In this document: positions 56,995 through 64,000 of the stretch, piece after piece
How the letters are laid out: each line of letters opens with the position of its first letter
Numbering within the stretch: the first letter of the stretch is position 1
DNA from: Patescibacteria group bacterium
GTDB taxonomy: Bacteria > Patescibacteriota > Gracilibacteria > UBA1369 > PNNO01
Reading direction: 5' to 3'
NCBI GenBank assembly: GCA_042568575.1
Contig: JBHPIO010000003.1
Location: forward strand, 63,387 to 127,386
Length of the DNA stretch: 64,000 nt
Program-made: the position numbers and the translations under genes
The notes under the pieces: model-generated
Told to the model about the DNA's origin: nothing
Databases searched by the model: none
Seen by the model: only the letters and a program-made list of their open reading frames with translations

Positions 56995-58342
56995 CTATTC
57001 AATACCATACGAAAGCCTGCGTCCCATTTCACCTAATTTATGCATTGGGAGTATTCGATGAATAGGGGATATAAGTTTGCCGAATTTTCGATAAAAGAAG
57101 TTGAACATTAAAAACGGCATAATGAGTTTTTTGGATTTTGGCCTTCGTTTCCAAATATTTTTGAACGAATAGAGTTTTCTATAGAATCTGAAATAGCCTT
57201 TTCTTAAGGCTTTTTTGCTTATATTTTTTGGTTCAAAAAACTACATGTGCAGTATTGTAGTGATTCCAGTTAAAATCAAAAATCCTGTTTTCTTTAATCA
57301 TATTTTTTTGGAGAAGTGTTCCGGGATAAGGCGTTAAAATATGTGTAGTCACTGTTTCAATTTTATTGTCGACAATCCAGTTAAGCGTTTCATCAAACGT
57401 TTTTTCCGTATCATGATCGAAACCAAAAACAAGACTCGCATTAATCATAATATTATTGTCATGAAGTTTTTTTACTAATTCTTCGTATGCGCCAACACGA
57501 TTTTGATATTTAGAATTTTCTTTAAGATTGTTTTGATTGATTGTTTCAAAACCGATAAAAAGGCTTTTGCACCCACTTTTAACCATTAAATCCAGCAGCT
57601 CGTCATCTTGAGTGACATTTGCGGAAACAGCAGCACTCCATCTGAGCTTCAGTGGTATCATTTTTTTAAGAAGTTTCTTTGTTTTTGGAATATCTCCGAT
57701 GAAGTTATCATCAATAAACAGAACATGTGGAACATTTAATGCCTTAATTTCTTCAATTGTTTGATCAATTTCCTTTGTTCGATAAATATTATGAACGTAT
57801 TTACAACTATTATAACAAAACTCACATTTCCACGGACATCCACGACTAAAAACCATCACATTATGATACAAATATTTATTTCGTTTAATAATTTCCCACC
57901 GTGGGATAGGCGATTTTGAAAGATCCGCAGGTTTAGGCGCAAAATACATTTGTTTAAGTTGCTTTTTTTCAACATCTTTGAGAATTTCCGACCAGATTTC
58001 TTCAGCCTCACCAATTAAAATGGAGTCGGCAAAATGCTTTGCTTCTTTTGGATTAGAACTCGGATGAATCCCTCCAAGAATAACAGGCACACCTTTTGAT
58101 TGATACATTTTTGCTATTTGATATGCTCGAATCGCAGTATCAACATTTACTGTAATGCCAACAAAATCAGGTTGATCGTTAAAATTAATTGATTCCACAT
58201 TCTCATCGTCCAAATAGACTTCATGTTTTTTTGGCGTTAATGCAGCGATTGTAAGAAGCCCAAGAGGAGGAGACATCTTTCTTTTGAAATTTGAATCCAT
58301 TGGACGCAGGCTTTGGCGTGGTGATATTAGTTTAATTTTCAT
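56995..58342 (-). pseudogene. B12-binding radical SAM protein interrupted by a +1 frameshift at GTT TTT TGA (57233-57241)
   Basis: PPLGLLTIAALTP, GGIHPS, SRGCPWKCEFC, IGFET, TPYPGT. Dropping one T gives HVVF-EPKNISKKALRKGYFRFYRKLYSFKNIWKRRP...RRLSYGIE ending at TAG 56995. Confidence 0.8.
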
Positions 58343-58353
58343 ATTTGAGTGGG

Positions 58354-58656
58354 TTAATTTGATCCACGACGTAATCTCGGACGAGTTTGAATTTTTTCAA
58401 TAATTAACCCGATGCCGGCACCAATCGCAAACCAAAAAGTGATAATGAAAAGAAGGTTAAGGATTTCGTTGTCTGCAATTAATGCACAGCATCTCTCGAA
58501 TATTTCTTCATAGATGACAGACGGAACGATTGCTCCGACAAATAGCACGTTGTCACCACCTGCGATGCGCAGGATTATTCCGATTATTGTGATGACAGGG
58601 AAAATTAGAAATCCCGTTTTGATCCAACACGGAAGTTTTTTAGATGTTTTTTCCAT
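58354..58656 (-). CDS. Small membrane protein
   Basis: MEKTSKK start; 2-3 hydrophobic segments. Confidence 0.6.
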   Translation of the reverse strand: MEKTSKKLPCWIKTGFLIFPVITIIGIILRIAGGDNVLFVGAIVPSVIYEEIFERCCALIADNEILNLLFIITFWFAIGAGIGLIIEKIQTRPRLRRGSN

Positions 58657-58997
58657 AGTTTTGAGATGAAAGTAATTAGTAAAAGAAGAGCACCAAAAGA
58701 TAAGTACCAAAACCAAAGGAGACCGATTATTAATGCAGGAACTACGAATTCAAGCATATTAATAAAAAGTTCTGGTAGGCTGCAATAATACTCAGTCGTG
58801 CCTTCTCCCATTCCCCAAAATTGTATGCAAATAAAAGGTCTTAAAAAGGATCGTTCCATTTGAAAGGTTCCTTTCCCACCTAAGTACAGATTTGGATCAG
58901 GATCTAATTGTTTCGGAATGGTGAGCAAGAAGAAACAGACAAATACAATTATTGGTATAACTAGAAAGCCAATGAGGTAAAGTAAGAATTTTTTCAT
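58605..58997 (-). CDS. Small membrane protein
   Basis: MKKFLLY start; 2-3 hydrophobic segments. Confidence 0.6.
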   Translation of the reverse strand: MKKFLLYLIGFLVIPIIVFVCFFLLTIPKQLDPDPNLYLGGKGTFQMERSFLRPFICIQFWGMGEGTTEYYCSLPELFINMLEFVVPALIIGLLWFWYLSFGALLLLITFISKLWKKHLKNFRVGSKRDF

Positions 58998-59015
58998 GAA
59001 GGTTTTATTAAGTTT

Positions 59016-59234
59016 TTATCTGCGCAGAACTTGATCAGGCAAAACATGATGTAACATTATCCCGGTTTGTAATTCTCCAAATGCAGCTATGAATCTTTTT
59101 CGTGTTTCTTCCCAAAGTGGACTTATACCTTCGAGATCTACTTCCAACACACCATTACGTAGTAATTCAACGGTCCCTTCTGGATTTGGAAGGCGCCTCG
59201 TTGCTTCTACAAGTTTTTCTAAATTTTTATTCAT
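59016..59234 (-). CDS. Small hypothetical protein
   Basis: 72-aa ORF; translation-initiation region nearly identical to that of the next gene. Confidence 0.55.
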   Translation of the reverse strand: MNKNLEKLVEATRRLPNPEGTVELLRNGVLEVDLEGISPLWEETRKRFIAAFGELQTGIMLHHVLPDQVLRR

Positions 59235-59258
59235 GAGGATTTTATTAAGTTTTTAGAT

Positions 59259-59272
59259 TCCACCCAGGTGGA
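59259..59272. repeat. 14-bp palindrome TCCACCCAGGTGGA
   Basis: Identical to 45806-45819; flank TTTTTAGAT is the reverse complement of the flank at 45820-45828. Confidence 0.65.
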
Positions 59273-59293
59273 GATTGACATCGCTTCATCTCT

Positions 59294-59384
59294 ACTCTGA
59301 AACACAGAGTACTCTGAAGAATGTTAAAGTCAACGAAATCAAATTGACGAATCCTGGAAATTGAAGTACTCTGCATTACAGAGT
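59294..59384. promoter_or_regulatory. Two ACTCTG-N5-CAGAGT operators over divergent promoters
   Basis: ACTCTGAAACACAGAGT 59294-59310 and ACTCTGCATTACAGAGT 59368-59384; each overlaps a TACTCT -10 paired with TTGACG (59344, + strand) or TTGACT (59328-59333, - strand). Confidence 0.75.
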
Positions 59385-59403
59385 TAATCTAAACATTCTC
59401 CAT

Positions 59404-59973
59404 ATGGATCATCTAAAAGAGCAAATTAAAAACATTGATGCAATAATGAAGCGTCATGGTCGGTATACTCATTTTTCAGGAATAGCTTGTATTTTTGCCG
59501 GCGTTCTTTGGCTGACTAATACAGTCGCACATGATTATTTAAGTCTTACTGAAAACTATCGCGTTGTTTCATGGATAGTGGTGGCACTTGTATCGGTAAT
59601 TGCTGCAACATTCCTTACTGTTATTGAGGCTCACAAGCGGGGGAAAGAACCTGTGACACTTTCTCTTATTGCAATTATAGATAAGTTGCTTGTTGTTGCT
59701 TTGGCCACGCTTGTATTAATGTGGATTTTTTATAAAAACGAATTGATTATTGAGATTCCATCTTTATTAATGCTTATGTATGGAATTCTCATGCTCGCAT
59801 CTAAACAAATCGTGACGCAAGCAATTAAATATTTTGGATATATAACGTTAATTGCCGGAGTTGTAGGTCTTCTTTTCATAGAATACTCAGTTTTACTCGC
59901 TGCAATTGTTCTTGGCGGGGGACACATCGTATTAGGAATTATACTTATTATAAATGGACGAAAATCTTCATAA
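59404..59973 (+). CDS. Multi-pass membrane protein co-transcribed with a winged-helix regulator
   Basis: About six hydrophobic segments; FSGIACIFAG, GGGHIVLG. Confidence 0.8.
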   Translation: MDHLKEQIKNIDAIMKRHGRYTHFSGIACIFAGVLWLTNTVAHDYLSLTENYRVVSWIVVALVSVIAATFLTVIEAHKRGKEPVTLSLIAIIDKLLVVALATLVLMWIFYKNELIIEIPSLLMLMYGILMLASKQIVTQAIKYFGYITLIAGVVGLLFIEYSVLLAAIVLGGGHIVLGIILIINGRKSS

Positions 59974-60247
59974 ACAAATCAATCCGACCATTCATCAGCC
60001 TGTTCGGCTCCAGATAATGACGTTTCTGCATCTGGCTAAACACGCAAAATTCAGCGAACTTAAAAGAGAGCTTGGAATAACTGACGGCAATCTTGGTTCG
60101 CATCTTCAAAAACTGGAGGATGAAAAATTAATTACTATTAAAAAGAAATTTGTTGCGAAAAAACCAACGTCACAAATTTCAATTACTTCAAAAGGGGAGA
60201 GTGAGCTCTTGAATTATATGGAGATACTAAAATCTCTTATTGTTTAG
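59954..60247 (+). CDS. Winged-helix transcriptional regulator (HTH_34-type, ArsR/MarR-like)
   Basis: IHQPVRLQIMTFL..FSELKRELGITDGNLGSHLQKLE..KKFVAKKP..ITSKG. Confidence 0.9.
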   Translation: MDENLHKQINPTIHQPVRLQIMTFLHLAKHAKFSELKRELGITDGNLGSHLQKLEDEKLITIKKKFVAKKPTSQISITSKGESELLNYMEILKSLIV

Positions 60248-60846
60248 TCCTTCTTCTCATCCTTTAGCTTCTTGTATTCGTGTTGAAAGAACTTAACAGC
60301 GTTTAAACATTCTTTCGCTTTTGCGTTTTCCGGCTCGATTTCAAGGATTTTCTTGAATAATTGAGCTGATTTATCGAAGTTCTTATTATTTAAGTAGCAA
60401 ACTCCAAGATCACTTAGGATTAACGGATCTTCGGGGCTTAATGTAACTGCTCTTTCAAGTAGAACCATCCCTCTTTGCTTTTGTCCTTCATGATAAATAG
60501 ACCAACCTAAGCATCGTAGGATTTCTGGATGGTTTGATTCGTAATTGTCTGCAAGTTCCAGGTATTTGATTGATTTACCAAAATCTCCGATTGCTGAATA
60601 TAAAAACCCAAGTAGGTAATTAGCGTTTGCGCTTCTTGCGTTAACTTTTACTGCCTTTTCGAGTGCTTTCTTTGCTTTTTCGTATTCTCTTAAACTTAAG
60701 TAGTTGTCTCCAATCTCCTCATATGCCTCGGTACATTCAAGATCATCCATAAGGATTTTTTCGCATAGAGCAATGGCGTCATCATGACTTCCTGCCATTT
60801 TTAATTCTTCAGCTTCTTTAAAAAGAAAGTTTTTATCTTCAGACAT
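60244..60846 (-). CDS. Tetratricopeptide repeat protein
   Basis: Repeated AYEEIG / ANYLLG / ILSDLGVCY..IEPEN TPR patterns. Confidence 0.88.
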   Translation of the reverse strand: MSEDKNFLFKEAEELKMAGSHDDAIALCEKILMDDLECTEAYEEIGDNYLSLREYEKAKKALEKAVKVNARSANANYLLGFLYSAIGDFGKSIKYLELADNYESNHPEILRCLGWSIYHEGQKQRGMVLLERAVTLSPEDPLILSDLGVCYLNNKNFDKSAQLFKKILEIEPENAKAKECLNAVKFFQHEYKKLKDEKKD

Positions 60847-60893
60847 ATTTTTTTGTTTTTATTTTTTGATATCAGAGTATTATACTCGATTTC

Positions 60894-61766
60894 CTAGCCT
60901 AAATCAAGAGTCTTTAAGTACTCTTTTAATGGGCCCTGCAGATCCTTCCTTTTTAAAGCAAAATCAATTGTTGCTTCGATGAATCCGAGTTTATGGCCGG
61001 TATCATACCTTTTCCCCTCAATTACCTCACCATAAATCGATTGCGTCTTGATAAGCTCCCTAAATCCGTCAATTAATCGCATTTCTCCGTCTTTTGAAGG
61101 TTTTGCGTTCTCAATTGCATCAAAGATTTCAGGAGTAACGACGTATTTTCCTGTTATAGCTAAGTCGGAAGGAGCATCTTCCGGGGTTGGTTTCTCAACA
61201 AGATCTTCAACTTGATGTGTATTTCCATCAGAACTAGATGGTTTAATTACTCCATAATTTTGGATTTCCGATTTTGGAACCTGACTTAAACCAATCACGC
61301 TACTTTCAGTTTTTTCATATACATTTATTAGTTGTCTTAGAGCCGGAACCTCTCCATCAACAATCTCATCACCGAAAAGGATGGCAAATGGCTCATTACC
61401 GATAACTTCACGTGCACACAGAATTGCATGACCGTCTCCAAGAGGCATTGGCTGCCTTACATATATAAACTTCGCTAAATTTGAAACTTTGCGTACCGCC
61501 TCAAGGAAATCAAGTTTATTCTTTTGTTCCAACATGTGTTCAAGCTCAAAAGAATGATCAAAATGATCTTCGATCGCACGTTTGCTTCTTCCTGTTACTA
61601 TTACAATTTCCTCAATTCCGGAAGCGACAGCTTCTTCAACCAAATACTGAATAACAGGCTTATCCACTATTGGAAGCATTTCTTTTGGTTGCGCTTTTGT
61701 TGCAGGTAGAAATCGAGTTCCGTATCCTGCTGCCGGAAAAACTGCTTTACGAATTTTTTGACTCAT
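60894..61766 (-). CDS. galU: UTP--glucose-1-phosphate uridylyltransferase
   Basis: KAVFPAAGYGTRFLPATKAQPKEMLPIVDKP, VEKP, RYDTG. Confidence 0.96.
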   Translation of the reverse strand: MSQKIRKAVFPAAGYGTRFLPATKAQPKEMLPIVDKPVIQYLVEEAVASGIEEIVIVTGRSKRAIEDHFDHSFELEHMLEQKNKLDFLEAVRKVSNLAKFIYVRQPMPLGDGHAILCAREVIGNEPFAILFGDEIVDGEVPALRQLINVYEKTESSVIGLSQVPKSEIQNYGVIKPSSSDGNTHQVEDLVEKPTPEDAPSDLAITGKYVVTPEIFDAIENAKPSKDGEMRLIDGFRELIKTQSIYGEVIEGKRYDTGHKLGFIEATIDFALKRKDLQGPLKEYLKTLDLG

Positions 61767-61778
61767 ACTTTAAATTTA

Positions 61779-62174
61779 TTACTTCTTTTTAGGAGTTTTA
61801 ATGCGAATTACTTTCGAACGTACTTTCTCAATCTTTGGAATCTTAATTGTAAGCACGCCGTCTTTAAATGATGCTCCTATTTTATCTGTATCGACTGATG
61901 CTGGTAGAACTATTGATCTCGAAAAATCTCCCCAAAAACATTCCTGCGTAAAATAATCTTCATCGGAAACTGTTGTGCAAAGGCTTCTTTTACCTTTAAT
62001 TGTGAGAACGTCATCACTAACACTTACAGACATATCATCCAGAGTTACGCCTGCAATTGGCGCAAGTATCACGATGTTATCTTTTGTTTGATATACGTCG
62101 AGTGCCAATTGTCCTTCAACATCATCTGCATCGTATTGGTCCTGTGAGATAACTTTTGGAGTTTTTTTCTTCAT
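61779..62174 (-). CDS. Hsp20 / alpha-crystallin small heat-shock protein
   Basis: LDVYQT, LTIKGKR, ECFWGDFSRSIVLP, FKDGVLTIKIPK. Confidence 0.93.
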   Translation of the reverse strand: MKKKTPKVISQDQYDADDVEGQLALDVYQTKDNIVILAPIAGVTLDDMSVSVSDDVLTIKGKRSLCTTVSDEDYFTQECFWGDFSRSIVLPASVDTDKIGASFKDGVLTIKIPKIEKVRSKVIRIKTPKKK

Positions 62175-62185
62175 ATAAATGATGG

Positions 62186-64000
62186 CTATTTTTTAGAGAA
62201 GGCAGCAAAGGAGAGTTTCTTTGGAACTTTCATTCCTTTAAAGAATGCAGAAAACTCTTTGCCTGAGAGAGTTTCTTTCCTGATAAGTTCCGCAGCTATT
62301 TCATCAATTAATTTGCGGTTCTTGGAAACGATTTCTTTAGCAGCTTCGTATCCAACATTTACAATTCTCTTAATTTCTTCATCGATTTTTGCTGCGATTT
62401 CTTCAGAGTAGTTTTTCACATGTCCAAAATCACGGCCAAGGAATACTTCTTGGTTTTGATCACCATAAATAATTGGACCAAGGTTACTCATTCCAAATCT
62501 TGTTACCATAAGCCTTGCTATCTCAGTTGCTTTTCTAAGATCGCTTGAAGCTCCGTTTGTCATTTCTCCGAACACGAGTTCTTCAGTTACATAACCACCA
62601 AGAGCCATTGCAAGCTGTTGCTCAAGTTTGCTTCTTGAATCAAGCTTGTTGTCATGTTCTGGCAGTGACCAAGTTACTCCAAGTGCGTGTCCTCTAGAAA
62701 TCACAGTTACTTTATGCACTGGATCACAATAAGGAAGCATGTGCCCAACGAGCGCATGACCTGTCTCATGATAAGCAACGATTTGTTTTTCTTGTTTTGA
62801 AAGCACCATGGATCTTCTTGCCGGCCCAAGCGCAACTTTCTCGATTGATTCCTGAAGATCGCTCATCGAAACGGTCTTTTTATTTTGACGAGCCGCTAGA
62901 ATCGCAGCTTCATTAATAAGATTTTCAAGATCAGCTCCGGAGAATCCCGGTGTATGTCTTGCAATTAAAGTGAAATCAACAGTTTTAGCCATCGGTTTTC
63001 CTCTAGCGTGAACTTTCAAAATTCCTTCACGATCTTTAATGTCCGGCATGTCCACAACGATTCTTCTATCAAAACGACCTGGTCTTAGAAGGGCTGGATC
63101 AAGTACATCCGGCCTGTTTGTTGCAGCCATTACGATTACATTTGTATCTTTTTCAAATCCATCCATTTCGGTAAGGATCTGGTTTAGTGTTTGTTCACGT
63201 TCATCATGTCCTCCTCCAAGTCCCGCACCTCTTTGTCGTCCAACTGCATCGATCTCATCTATAAAGACGATACAAGGAGCGTTTCTTTTCGCTTTCTTAA
63301 ATAGGTCTCTTACACGACTTGCACCTACACCCACGAACATTTCCACGAATTCTGAACCTGAAATGTTAAAGAAAGGTACATTTGCTTCTCCTGATACTGC
63401 ACGAGCAAGCAAAGTTTTACCTGTTCCTGGCGCACCTACAAGTATTACACCTTTTGGGATTTTCGCTCCCATTTTTGTATACTTTGTTGGATCTTTTAAG
63501 AAATCAACTATTTCGATAAGCTCTTCTTTTGCTTCTTTTGCACCTGCAACATCTTTAAAGGTTGTTTTATTCTTCTGCTTATCACTTAATCGCGCTTTAC
63601 TTTTTCCAAATGACATTGCTTGATTGTTGCTGCTTTGCGCCTGCCTCATCATGAATACAAAGAATCCTATAATAAGGAGGAACGGCACAATACTAAATAG
63701 AAGGTTCATCCAGAAAGCTTCTCCTTCTGTAGAAATTACTTCTGTTTCGATGCTATTTCTGATGTCTTCAGGAACTTCAGCTAGGATTTCGCGAAGAGTT
63801 TCTTCCTTTTCTTTAAAGGCATATTTTTTACTGTCATCAATAAGTGTTATATCTATTCGATCGTTTTTTACTTCGATCAATTTAACTTCCTCATTTTTCA
63901 CTTGTTCTATAAAGGTGTTTATACTGATTTTCTCAGATGAAGTACTACTAGGATTTAATATTAAAACCCCCGCAGTGATTACGAGTGCAACAATAACGAG
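62186..64000 (-). CDS. ftsH: ATP-dependent zinc metalloprotease FtsH; 5' end is outside the window
   Basis: [32 protein letters not shown]; frame stays open to the window edge through TM1. Confidence 0.97.
   Translation of the reverse strand, partial: LVIVALVITAGVLILNPSSTSSEKISINTFIEQVKNEEVKLIEVKNDRIDITLIDDSKKYAFKEKEETLREILAEVPEDIRNSIETEVISTEGEAFWMNLLFSIVPFLLIIGFFVFMMRQAQSSNNQAMSFGKSKARLSDKQKNKTTFKDVAGAKEAKEELIEIVDFLKDPTKYTKMGAKIPKGVILVGAPGTGKTLLARAVSGEANVPFFNISGSEFVEMFVGVGASRVRDLFKKAKRNAPCIVFIDEIDAVGRQRGAGLGGGHDEREQTLNQILTEMDGFEKDTNVIVMAATNRPDVLDPALLRPGRFDRRIVVDMPDIKDREGILKVHARGKPMAKTVDFTLIARHTPGFSGADLENLINEAAILAARQNKKTVSMSDLQESIEKVALGPARRSMVLSKQEKQIVAYHETGHALVGHMLPYCDPVHKVTVISRGHALGVTWSLPEHDNKLDSRSKLEQQLAMALGGYVTEELVFGEMTNGASSDLRKATEIARLMVTRFGMSNLGPIIYGDQNQEVFLGRDFGHVKNYSEEIAAKIDEEIKRIVNVGYEAAKEIVSKNRKLIDEIAAELIRKETLSGKEFSAFFKGMKVPKKLSFAAFSKK

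Noticed and set aside
57233-57235. TGA read as Gly (genetic code 25, Gracilibacteria) or as Sec
   Set aside because: In-frame read-through gives a non-homologous peptide that stops at TAG within 18 codons. Elsewhere TGA terminates genes exactly at paralog C-termini (e.g. 16184-16186).
63039-63623. 194-aa plus-strand ORF, and similar antisense ORFs inside ilvD, deoA, pta, secA and the paralogs
   Set aside because: Antisense or out-of-frame shadows of conserved genes.

Overview
AT-rich bacterial chromosome segment read with the standard code 11, since TGA stops line up with paralog C-termini. Gene content suggests a Patescibacteria/CPR genome, most likely Peregrinibacteria-like (inference): AMP phosphorylase plus ribose-1,5-bisphosphate isomerase, pta/ackA, class II RNR, TrmB-like regulators and Cys-rich Zn-ribbon proteins. 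The housekeeping backbone is nrdJ (partial), ilvD, tRNA-Glu, rpmH-rnpA-yidC-jag, gltX, ftsK, secA, rnpB, galU, hsp20 and ftsH (partial). Five things stand out. (1) A 15.5-kb array (11951-27410) holds seven ~550-aa paralogs built as Zn-module / Cys-repeat solenoid x2 / Zn-module, a split version of the same protein, two TrmB-like regulators and SixA. (2) Two ORF-free, heavily base-paired regions of about 0.6-0.7 kb (27450-28080, right after the array, and 45890-46590) each follow a TTGACA promoter, a hairpin and a boxA-like motif; they are candidate undescribed large ncRNAs. (3) A perfect boxA precedes a pair of orphan paralogs. (4) A LexA-like membrane regulator is paired with a Ser1 proteasome-like protein. 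(5) Two genes are broken by homopolymer frameshifts. All calls are by eye; no searches or folding programs were run.
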